From: an uncultured Chloroflexia bacterium
GTDB taxonomy: Bacteria; Chloroflexota; Anaerolineae; CG2-30-64-16
DNA: 64,000 nucleotides
NCBI GenBank assembly: GCA_963810095.1
Contig: CAWEMM010000012.1
Location: forward strand, 128,001-192,000
Direction of reading: 5' to 3'
Made by a program: the position numbers and the translations under genes. Below are positions 8,965 through 17,556 of the stretch, piece by piece. How positions within the stretch are numbered: position 1 is the first letter of the stretch; the number at the start of each line of letters is the position of its first letter. The notes beneath the pieces were generated by a model that saw nothing but the letters and a program-made list of their open reading frames with translations, did not search any database and was not told the origin of the DNA.

Positions 8965-10865
8965 ATGAGGGAAGCGGTCGAAGTGGGAAATAAGACTCGC
9001 AAGCAGTTGCTCGAAGAGCTTGCCGCGGCGCAGAGCCGCCTTAACGAACTCGAGGCGTTCGAGGATACCCCGAATCGCGTCGAGAACCGGGCCCCCGGGG
9101 GAGAGAGCCACTTTGCGCACCTCTTCCGTGACGCCCGGGTGGCCAACCTGCTGTTTGATCCACTCGGCAACCTGGTGTCTGCAAACGCGGGCAACGGTAT
9201 GCTGAGCGCGGGCGAATACCAGCGGGCCGTCCGCGAAAGTCTGTTCGAGAGCGCCGCCTGGACGCCGGAGATACGCAGCCGGCTGGCAAACGGGGAGGTG
9301 CTGCGGTTGCGCATCACCGTCGATCTGGGCGGGGGTCAGAACGGCGATCTGCAGGGTCGAACCGCCCCGAAAGGCGTGGCGCACCTCGAATCCACCGTGT
9401 CTTCGCTGGGCATGCAAGGCTACCTGGTGCAGGTACAAGACATCACGCAGGAGGTCGAGTCGAAGGCTGCGCTGCGCGAGCGCGAGACGTTCTTCCGCTC
9501 GGTCTTCCAGGCCATCCCTTCCCCGACAATCGTGTGGCGCCACGCCGGCAACAACCACTTCGTCCTGCACTTCTACAACACGTCGGCCAACCTTGCGACG
9601 GACGCGCATCTCGGCGAGTACGAAGGCGCGGACTTGGACCGCTTTTACGCACACGAGCCGGAGTTTGCGGCGCGTGTCCGCCGCACGTTCGAGACCGGGC
9701 GAAGCGGTGACCGTCGAGCAGGAGTACGTCTTCCGGACCACCGGCAAGAAACGCTACATCCGCGTTACCAGCGCTAAAGTCGGCCGGGAGTACGTGATCG
9801 ACTCGGTCACGGACCTGACCGAGCTCAAGGAGACCCAGGAGGCTCTCGTCGAGAACGAAGCGCGCTTCCGGCGCTTGCTCGACAACGCACCGGATATCGT
9901 GTATCGCATTGCCCTGCAGCCCGAACCGCACTACGAGTACATCAGTCCGGCCGCCGAGGCCGTGACAGGCTTCACCCCAGATGAGCTGATGTCGGACCTC
10001 ACCCTGGCCGGCGAGCGGGTCTATCCGGAGGACCGCCGGGAACCGCCGCCGAACGTGGAGGCGCTGCCTCCGGTGGGTGCGCCACAGCTGTTTCGCTGGA
10101 TCCGCAAGGACGGGCAGGTCGTCTGGCTCGAGCACCGCTACGTTGTGGTGTATGAGGACGGCGTGCCGGTGGCGCTGGAGGGGATCGGCCGGGAGGTGAG
10201 CGCCGAGGTCGAGGCCCGCCGTGTGCTCGAGCGGTCGCTGACCGAGAAGCAACTCCTGCTCCAGGAAGTCCACCACCGGGTGAAAAACAACTTAAGCATC
10301 CTGAGCAGCCTGATCGAGCTGCAGGCTGCCACACTGACCGAGCCGAAGCTGCGGGAGATCCTGCGCGACACGCAAGGGCGCATCCTGTCGGTGGCGCGTG
10401 TCCACGAGGCGCTGTACAGCTCGGGCGACAGCACGACACACATCGACCTTGCGGAATACGTGAGCCGGCTCGGCGCAGAGCTGCGCGATGCGTACGGCGG
10501 GCAAGGCACGGAGATAGACTACGAGATGGTGCACTACGCGCTGTCGCAGCAGCGGGCCATCCACTTTGGCCTCCTGGTCAACGAGCTGATCTCGAATGCG
10601 CTGAAGCATGCCTTCCCCGCCGAGCGTACCCGCCCGGCCCGCGTCGAGGTCTGCATGCGGGAGGTCGATGACCGGTTGAGCTTGGTCGTGCAGGACAACG
10701 GCGTGGGATTGCCAGACATCCTTCGACCCTCGCGCGACCGGCTCGCTGGGCGTGCAGGTGATCGACATGCTCGTGGACCAGATGGATGGCAAGGTCGAGT
10801 ACGTCTCGCGGCCGGGCGCGGGCACCGAGGTTCGGGTCCTCATTCCAAAGTCGCAGCTGAACTAA
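8965..10865 (+). CDS. Multi-PAS sensor histidine kinase, HisKA_2 type (frameshifts near 9700 and 10715)
   Basis: Three PAS-like segments; H-box EVHHRVKNNL; NELISNALKHAF; DNGVG; the frame-shifted tail gives GSLGVQVIDMLVDQMDG..GTEVRV. Confidence 0.85.
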
Positions 10866-10879
10866 CCGGTGCCAAAAAT

Positions 10880-10921
10880 GCCCTGGGCTCACCTGCGACC
10901 CTTCGCAGGTGAGCCCAGGGC
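10880..10921. terminator. Perfect 19-bp stem hairpin between convergent genes
   Basis: GCCCTGGGCTCACCTGCGA-CCCT-TCGCAGGTGAGCCCAGGGC; second hairpin at about 10940-10970. Confidence 0.6.
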
Positions 10922-10991
10922 GTTCTCCGTACTTTGCTGCGCACCTGTGCGCTGGCACGGCACAGGTGCGTGACTGGATCTGCCTGTTCAA

Positions 10992-11249
10992 TCAGGCATA
11001 GGCTGCGATTAACCGCCATCGCCGGGTCGCGGGGTCCTGCCGGTACTTGGACCGGACGGCAGCCCACGCCGAGCGGCTCACGGCCTCCTCAATGGCGGCC
11101 GGACCGGCCAAGGCAGCGGGAGAGTCGGCATATCGCTCCCAAGCTGCGTTGAATGCTTCGCGATAGATTTCCTGGGCCCGCAGGGGCAGCCATGTTCTCA
11201 AGGAAATCGGCAGCATCTGCAGGCTCTCATAAGGTCCCAAACCGGGCAT
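10992..11249 (-). CDS. chaB: ChaB family protein
   Basis: PY..LP..LP.RAQEIYREAFNAAW..AWAAVRSKY..W signature; GGAGG RBS. Confidence 0.85.
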   Translation of the reverse strand: MPGLGPYESLQMLPISLRTWLPLRAQEIYREAFNAAWERYADSPAALAGPAAIEEAVSRSAWAAVRSKYRQDPATRRWRLIAAYA

Positions 11250-11312
11250 CTTTGCCCTCCTCGAATGATCGGCCTTTTGCACCCATCATAGCCTCTCGTG
11301 TGACAAAAGGTC

Positions 11313-11384
11313 TTTAACCGGCACTAAAACCGACCTTAAGGCGAGCTTAAGGCCGGTCTGATCTGTAAGGTAGACAAGATTAAG
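11313..11384. promoter_or_regulatory. 11-bp-period YTTAAG array between chaB and the OmpR-family gene
   Basis: TTTAAC 11313, CTAAAA 11324, CTTAAG 11335, CTTAAG 11346, ATTAAG 11379; minus-strand TATGAT 22 nt away; plus-strand TGCTATCCT at 11398. Confidence 0.7.
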
Positions 11385-11450
11385 CAAACACGGAAGATGC
11401 TATCCTGGAACTATACGCGCACCAGTCAGTTTGGAGCAGAGACGAAAGAC

Positions 11451-12194
11451 ATGAGCACGCATTTGATTGTGGTCGACGATGAAGCCCTTCTACGGCGCAG
11501 CCTGGTCTATAATCTGGAGCAGGCGGGCTATCGAGTCAGTTCGGCGAGCCGGGCAGAGGACGCCCTTGCGCTCGCGCGGCGCGATCCACCCGACCTGGTC
11601 CTCCTCGACATCGGTCTGCCTGGCATGGACGGGCTGCAGGCCCTGCGGGTTTTCCGCCAGGAAGTGGGCTGCCCCGTGATTTTCGTGACCGCCCGGCGTC
11701 GCGAGTTGGACGAGCAGCTGGGGCTGGAGCTGGGGGCCGACGACTATGTGACGAAGCCCTTTGATTTTGGCGTACTGCTTGCCCGTGTCAAGGCCGTGCT
11801 GCGCCGGGGCCAGCTGAGCCGGCCGGCCGGCCAGAGCGCAGACGCCCCGAGCAACCCGACGCTGCGCGTGGGCGACCTGTCGATTAATCCCTCCGCAGTC
11901 GAAGTGATGCTGAAGGATCGCTCGCTCCAGCTGTCACCCCGTGAGTTTGACCTGCTCCACGTGCTGGCACTCAATGCGGGCAAGGTGCTGTCGGTCGAGG
12001 ACATCCTGGCGCAAGTCTGGGGCGCAGAGTACCTGGGTGAACCGCAGGTCGTCTACGTGCACATCCGGTGGCTGCGCGAAAAAATCGAGGATGAGCCCAG
12101 CCGGCCAACCCGCGTTCTCACCGTACGCGGCAAGGGGTATAAGCTCGTCGATCCCCAGGAAGAGGCGATTGTTACCACTCCTGCGAATCCTTAA
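11451..12194 (+). CDS. OmpR/PhoB family response regulator
   Basis: VVDDE, LLDIGLP, VTAR, GADDYVTKPF; winged helix VYVHIRWLREKIE..TVRGKGY. Confidence 0.95.
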   Translation: MSTHLIVVDDEALLRRSLVYNLEQAGYRVSSASRAEDALALARRDPPDLVLLDIGLPGMDGLQALRVFRQEVGCPVIFVTARRRELDEQLGLELGADDYVTKPFDFGVLLARVKAVLRRGQLSRPAGQSADAPSNPTLRVGDLSINPSAVEVMLKDRSLQLSPREFDLLHVLALNAGKVLSVEDILAQVWGAEYLGEPQVVYVHIRWLREKIEDEPSRPTRVLTVRGKGYKLVDPQEEAIVTTPANP

Positions 12195-12228
12195 GCTAGG
12201 CTTAAAGTCACTGACAACTCGCGTTAAG
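12190..12228. promoter_or_regulatory. 11-bp-period YTTAAG array
   Basis: CTTAAG 12190, CTTAAA 12201, GTTAAG 12223; TATGAT at 12251, 22 nt downstream. Confidence 0.65.
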
Positions 12229-12289
12229 GCCCGGCAGACCCGCCCAGGCGTATGATCGTGCTCGCCAGTCTAGTATCGCGAGAACCAGA

Positions 12290-13180
12290 ATGAATCTGAC
12301 GACGCATAGGTATGCCGGAGTGAGCCAGCCACAACAGAAAGAGATCAGCGAGGAGTTGCTGACCCGCCTCATCCACAGGATGGCGCGAAGCACCGGTGCG
12401 TTCCGATCGACCGCACAAGCGCTTCTTAATGGGGCCGACGAGGACCCCGTGCTTCGCCGCGAACTCCTTCACGATATGGAGTTCGAGCTCGGCGAGCTGC
12501 AGCGAATGCTGGAGAACGTGACGCAGTTCAAGGCGCTAGAAAAAGGTACCTTCGTTCTGAGCCGGCGCGAGGTGCTGACTGCAGCGTGGCTGCGGCAGCT
12601 TGTGGGTCGCTGGCAGCGTGCGGTGCCCGACAAAGCCCTCGCCTGGATCGTCGAAATACCCGACAATTTGCCGGTCTTCCGCGTCGACGTCGACAAGCTC
12701 GAGCAGGCCTTGGGCAACCTGCTGGGCAATGCCGTAAAGCACACGCTGCCGGGTGCACCGGTCGCATTCAGGGCATGGTCGAGCGGCGGCAACCTCAGGC
12801 TTCGTATTGCGAGCGGCCGGCCGCGACTGGTGGACGAGGAATATGATCGCCTGTCCGAGTTGTTCTACACCGGTGGAGTGCAGGGCCGCTTCCCCACGGG
12901 CGTCGGCCTAGGTCTGTATGTCACCCGGCAGCTGATCGAAAAGCACGGCGGCCTGCTCGTCGTGACTCGCCCGACGGTCGAAGACGATGCCATCGGATTT
13001 GAGGTAAGCGTCCCGGCTGCGTTCGACGGCAACGGGTACAACGGGCTGGGTAGGCCGGAAGACGGCGCGCAAAGCACCCGCACCCCGAGCAACGGCTCGC
13101 AAAGCGACGACGAACAAAACACGATCATCGAGCGCGATTTCGGCGGCCAGAGCGAACGGCAGCATACCAAAACGTCATAA
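12290..13180 (+). CDS. Sensor-less, degenerate histidine kinase-like protein
   Basis: DHp-like helices with IHRMARST; N-box NLLGNAVKH; G2 GVGLGL; G1 DxGxG replaced by ASGRP; no TM or sensor domain. Confidence 0.75.
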   Translation: MNLTTHRYAGVSQPQQKEISEELLTRLIHRMARSTGAFRSTAQALLNGADEDPVLRRELLHDMEFELGELQRMLENVTQFKALEKGTFVLSRREVLTAAWLRQLVGRWQRAVPDKALAWIVEIPDNLPVFRVDVDKLEQALGNLLGNAVKHTLPGAPVAFRAWSSGGNLRLRIASGRPRLVDEEYDRLSELFYTGGVQGRFPTGVGLGLYVTRQLIEKHGGLLVVTRPTVEDDAIGFEVSVPAAFDGNGYNGLGRPEDGAQSTRTPSNGSQSDDEQNTIIERDFGGQSERQHTKTS

Positions 13181-13231
13181 GCGCAGGGGCCCAGCCGCCG
13201 GCGGCGGCAAGCGGGCTCGTAGCGAAGAAAT

Positions 13232-13284
13232 CAGGACCTCCGGCGGCAGGACAGGCGAAAATGCCCTGTGGCCCGGAGGTCCTG
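13232..13284. terminator. Hairpin between convergent genes (CAGGACCTCCGG..CCGGAGGTCCTG)
   Basis: 12-bp inverted repeat with an inner stem, followed by TTTGTT; same GACCTCCGG arm as 36303-36344. Confidence 0.55.
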
Positions 13285-13308
13285 TTTGTTGTCGGTCGGC
13301 CTCTGGGC

Positions 13309-13593
13309 CTAAATCCTGCGGTAGCGGGGCCGGGCAACCAGTCCCACGAGCAGCGCGATAATCAACGCGCCGACGATGGACCAGACCACGGGAAATGGTT
13401 CGCCCGCCACGTTAAGCGTCAGCAGTTCCGGCAGGCCCAGTTGGCGTGCCAGCCAACTGCCGAACAGCGCGCCGAGGAACCCCAGCACGAGCGAAGCAAG
13501 AAAGCCTCCTAGCGAATAGCCCGCCAGCGCCTGCCCAATCGCGCCGGCGACCGCCGCAATGATCGCCAGTAAAATGATTTGAATGAGCGTCAT
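13309..13593 (-). CDS. GlsB/YeaQ/YmgE (transglycosylase-associated) stress membrane protein
   Basis: Small Gly-rich 3-TM protein: GFLASLVLGFLGALFGSWL..SIVGALII. Confidence 0.85.
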   Translation of the reverse strand: MTLIQIILLAIIAAVAGAIGQALAGYSLGGFLASLVLGFLGALFGSWLARQLGLPELLTLNVAGEPFPVVWSIVGALIIALLVGLVARPRYRRI

Positions 13594-13686
13594 GCTGCGC
13601 ACCCCTTTCCACGGACCGGCAGCCTGCTGCGCCTGCCCGTCGGTTCTTCTGACGCTCACTCATATCACCCCACGTCCCCACCGGTC

Positions 13687-13725
13687 CTTAAGCGGACTTC
13701 AAGCGCCGTTCAAGGCCGCGTTAAG
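13687..13725. promoter_or_regulatory. 11-bp-period YTTAAG array upstream of the GlsB/YmgE gene
   Basis: CTTAAG 13687, TTCAAG 13698, TTCAAG 13709, GTTAAG 13720. Confidence 0.7.
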
Positions 13726-14374
13726 GCGTTTCCATCAGACCGTGCGCCTGGGCGTAGCGGACGAGCTCGACCCGGCTGCGCACGTTCAGCTTGTTCATCA
13801 GGTTGGCCCGGTGGCTTTCGACGGTGCGGACGCTGATACTCAGCTCGTCTGCCATCTGGTGATTGGTGTACCCCTGCACGATGAGCTTCAGGATCTCCAT
13901 CTCCCGGGGCGACACGCCCTCGACTTCCGGCTTGTGGGGCGCAGCCGAACCCGCGCCGTCTGCAATCAGCGCGCGCACCAGGCTGGGGTGGATATACAAC
14001 TCTCCGTGCGCCACGGTGTCGAGCGCGCTCTTCAGCTCGGCTTCGGCCGCCCGCTTTAGGATGTAGCCGGATGCGCCCGCCCGAATGGCCTCGCGGAGGA
14101 GCCCTTTGTCCTCGTGCATGCTGAGGATCAGCACGCGGGCCTCGGGCACGGCCGCACGCAGGCGCCTCGTCGCTTCGATGCCGTTCCCAACCGATCCCGG
14201 CATGCTGATATCCATGAGCACGACGTCGGGAGTGAGATGGGCCGCGTAGCGCAGCGCGTCGTCCGTGGTCGAGGCCTCACCGACGACCTCCAAATCCGGC
14301 TCCGCGTTTAGCAGGGCGCGCAGCCCTGCCCGCATCACGCCGTGGTCATCGGCGATCAGTATTCGCAACGTCAT
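13721..14374 (-). CDS. NarL/LuxR family response regulator
   Basis: IADDH, LMDISMP, LSMH, GYILK; HTH SPREMEIL..ISVRTVESHRANLM. Confidence 0.95.
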   Translation of the reverse strand: MTLRILIADDHGVMRAGLRALLNAEPDLEVVGEASTTDDALRYAAHLTPDVVLMDISMPGSVGNGIEATRRLRAAVPEARVLILSMHEDKGLLREAIRAGASGYILKRAAEAELKSALDTVAHGELYIHPSLVRALIADGAGSAAPHKPEVEGVSPREMEILKLIVQGYTNHQMADELSISVRTVESHRANLMNKLNVRSRVELVRYAQAHGLMETP

Positions 14375-16760
14375 TGGGCGCCTCCACAAAGATAGTCGTG
14401 CCCCGCCCGGGTTCGCTCTCAATCACCAGCGATCCGCCCAACATCTCGGCCCGTTCTCGGATGCCAACCAGCCCCAACCTGCCGGTGTCGCTGAATCGCT
14501 GCTCCTCAGGCTCGAAGCCCTTACCATCGTCCTCGATCATCAGGATGATCTTGTCGCGGCGCTGCTCGAGCAGCACGTCGATGTGCATTGGCCGAGCGTG
14601 ATTGACCGCATTCGCCACCGCCTCCTGCACGATCCGGTAGAGCGCGTTCTCCGTGTTCGGCGCTAGCCGTTCGTTCAAGCCGACCGCTTCAAACTCGACC
14701 GCGATACCGTGCTTGTCGGTAATGGTTTCGGCGTATTGCTGGACGGCCTGGCTGAGCCCGAGATGCTCGAGGCTGGCCGGCCGCAGGTCCATGGCCAGCG
14801 CGTGGAGCGTCGTGAGCACACCGTTCGCCATGTCCCGCAGCGCCTGGACCTGTGCGACCACGAAGTCGGGGTCGCCGGCGTGGCGCTCGAGCTGACCCAA
14901 CCCGAGCTTGAGCCCCATCAACACCTGGCCGGCCTCGTCGTGCAGCTCACGCGAGATATGGCGGCGCTCGGCCTCCTGGATCTCCACCAGCCGCCGCGAG
15001 AGGTGCTGGAGCCGTCCGCGGGCGGCGGCGACCTCTTCAAACAGCACCGCATTCTGGATCGCCGCGCCGACCTCGCGGCCCAGCGCTTCGTAGAAACTCA
15101 AATCGGGCGGGGGCTCGCCCATCCCGAAGGGATGCAGGAGGACCAGCACGCCATGCAGCCGGCCCTGCGCCAACAGCGGCACGCAGAGCCGCTCTCCGCA
15201 CACGGCCACCTCGTGTGAGGCTAGCACCCCGGCGAGGCACTCGCAGGTGTCCTGCACGGCCGCGGGGAGGCCGTCCAGGCAAATCCCCGTCTTCTCGGGC
15301 GCCTCTTTCGCGGCCTCGCCCCATGACGTCTCAAGTCGCAGCGAGCCCTCCTCGGCCTCGTAGAGATAGACGGCTCCCCCCGCATCTTCCAGCTTGGCGG
15401 CCAGCAGCCCCCGGCATGTGGCAAGCACGTCGGCCAGGGCCAGCGAACGGTTGAGCGCCGAGCCGAGGAGGTTCAACGTAGCCAGTTCCTGATGCCGCCG
15501 TCGCAGCGCTTCCTCCGCGGCCTTGCGCGCAGTAATATCGTCCTTAATTGCAATGAAGTGGGCCAGGTTGTCGTCGGATCCATACACCGGTGTGATCGTC
15601 TGCTCTTCCACGTAGAGCGTCCCGTCCTTCCGGCGGTTGACGATCTCGCCGCGCCACACATTCCCCGCCAGGATGGTCTCCCACAACCCTTGATAGACTT
15701 CGGTCCCGTGCACGCCCGACTTCAAGAAGCGCGGCCGCTGACCGAGCACTTCCGCAGTCGTAAAGCCTGTCATCGTCGTGAATGCCGGATTGGCCCATTC
15801 GATCCGTCCCGCCTGGTCGGTAATGATGATGCCGTTTGCCGCGGCCAGCAGCGCCTGCGTCTGCAGTTCAACCCGCGCCTGCGCGCGCTGCCGCTCCGCG
15901 ATCTCGCTCTGCAGCGAGTCGATCACCGCACGCAGCTCGCTCGTGCGCTCGTCCACCTGCCTGCTGAGCGCGTCGCGCGACGCCTGCAAGAGTCGCTCGG
16001 CGGCCACCGCGTCTGACACGTCCGCGGCCATCCCGTAGAGCTTCACCAGCGTCCCTGCCTCGTCGAACTCGCCCCGGGCCGACTCTTCCAGCACCACCGG
16101 GTCGCCGCGGCCCCGCACGACCCGGTAGCGGATGCGGTAGGTGTCGTTCTCGGGGGTCAGGCCGAGCACCGTCTGCACGAAGCGGGCCCGGTCTTCCGGG
16201 TGAACCCGCTCGAAGTAACTGGCGCCGGATTCCTGGAGGGCTTTCTCGCTGCCTTCGAGGCCGAGGATCGCCGCGCATTCGTGCGAGCGCCGGACCTGGT
16301 CGGTGCCGGGCAGCCACTGGAAGGCAAAGCTGCGGCCCACCAGCATGGCCTGGCGCAGCATGTCGTACTCCTGCGCCAGCAGCCGCTCTGCGCTCACCTC
16401 GCGGTTGACACTGATATACCCCAGGGTTTCGCCGGCCGCGTCGCGCAGCACGAACGTGTCGGCGACGACGTGTAGGGGGTGGCCCTGCCGGTGGTGGTGC
16501 ACGTACTCGGCGCAGATCTCGCCCTCGTGACGGACCTCCGACAGCGCGCGGGCGCGCTGGCTTCTCGTCAGCTCAGAACGCAGCACCGCCGATACAGGCT
16601 TACCGGCCACCTCTTCTGCAGTCCAGCCGTACAGACGCTCGGCCCCCGCGTTCCAGCCGGTGATGCGCAGCGCCGCGTCGGTAACCACAAGCGCGTCGTC
16701 GGAGGCGGCCCGCCGCGCAAATAGCCCTGCAAACGTATCTGTGTCCGCTGGGAGGTTCAT
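14346..16760 (-). CDS. PAS-PAS-PAS-GAF sensor histidine kinase (HisKA_3)
   Basis: ISRELHDE, EAVANAVNH, DDGKGF, GLVGIRER; third PAS is NifL/Aer-like (ANPAFTTMTG..WRGEIVNRRKDG), possibly FAD-binding. Confidence 0.9.
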   Translation of the reverse strand: MNLPADTDTFAGLFARRAASDDALVVTDAALRITGWNAGAERLYGWTAEEVAGKPVSAVLRSELTRSQRARALSEVRHEGEICAEYVHHHRQGHPLHVVADTFVLRDAAGETLGYISVNREVSAERLLAQEYDMLRQAMLVGRSFAFQWLPGTDQVRRSHECAAILGLEGSEKALQESGASYFERVHPEDRARFVQTVLGLTPENDTYRIRYRVVRGRGDPVVLEESARGEFDEAGTLVKLYGMAADVSDAVAAERLLQASRDALSRQVDERTSELRAVIDSLQSEIAERQRAQARVELQTQALLAAANGIIITDQAGRIEWANPAFTTMTGFTTAEVLGQRPRFLKSGVHGTEVYQGLWETILAGNVWRGEIVNRRKDGTLYVEEQTITPVYGSDDNLAHFIAIKDDITARKAAEEALRRRHQELATLNLLGSALNRSLALADVLATCRGLLAAKLEDAGGAVYLYEAEEGSLRLETSWGEAAKEAPEKTGICLDGLPAAVQDTCECLAGVLASHEVAVCGERLCVPLLAQGRLHGVLVLLHPFGMGEPPPDLSFYEALGREVGAAIQNAVLFEEVAAARGRLQHLSRRLVEIQEAERRHISRELHDEAGQVLMGLKLGLGQLERHAGDPDFVVAQVQALRDMANGVLTTLHALAMDLRPASLEHLGLSQAVQQYAETITDKHGIAVEFEAVGLNERLAPNTENALYRIVQEAVANAVNHARPMHIDVLLEQRRDKIILMIEDDGKGFEPEEQRFSDTGRLGLVGIRERAEMLGGSLVIESEPGRGTTIFVEAPNDVANTDRR

Positions 16761-16897
16761 GGTTCTGCTTTCACGAACTGGCGGAAAGGTTAGCGCTACA
16801 AGACCCCGGTCACATGAGTCACGCGTTGCCACGCGGCCCGGACAAACGGAAGACAGGATCGATCACACCGCCAAATAGCGGGAGTCGCGCGGGTCGC

Positions 16898-17287
16898 TCA
16901 GGCAGCCGCCAGGCGCGCCGCCGCGGGCCAGAGAAGTTGCTCGACTTGTGCGAAGAGCCGCGCCGGGGGCTCGCCCTTCAGGGGCGCACTGTCCGTGCCC
17001 GCGCGCAACGCAGCCGCCTGCTGCACGACCGTGTCGACGAGGATCAAGCAGCGAGGCCGTGGCCTCAGGTTCTGGATGGTTACCACAAGTTCCATCGAGT
17101 GGTTGCCGGGAATGGCGCTGTCGATAATCACCAGGCTGGACGGGTGCTCGCGCAGCATGGCGTCTGCCTCGGCCGTGTCGTTTGCCTCCAGAATCATCAC
17201 GTCCGGCATCGAGACAAGCATTGCCCGCAGAGCGTCGCGCAGACAACTCTCCCCCGCTGCGATCAGAACCGTCAAGCACTGCGCCAT
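16898..17287 (-). CDS. Stand-alone atypical receiver domain protein
   Basis: REC fold pattern (VLIAAGE..LVIIDS..PLKG) lacking the acidic pair; GGAG RBS. Confidence 0.6.
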   Translation of the reverse strand: MAQCLTVLIAAGESCLRDALRAMLVSMPDVMILEANDTAEADAMLREHPSSLVIIDSAIPGNHSMELVVTIQNLRPRPRCLILVDTVVQQAAALRAGTDSAPLKGEPPARLFAQVEQLLWPAAARLAAA

Positions 17288-17556
17288 CTCTGTCTCCACC
17301 CAACACAATAATCTCGGCTGCCTGCTCCCGTACCCCCCGGCTAACCATCTCGAAGCATGTTAACACAACAACGACGCCCCGTCATCGGCCCGGCGACTGT
17401 ACATCAACAAGACTTGCGTCCCGCTTCCTTAACGGATTTGTAGTCCTTATGACGTATTGACGAATGAGCCGGCATAAGATACCAATATGCGTATGTTTCC
17501 TATCATAGGCGTTTTGTCTCCCCTTCATTATATGCACGATATGCACGAGGATTCAG

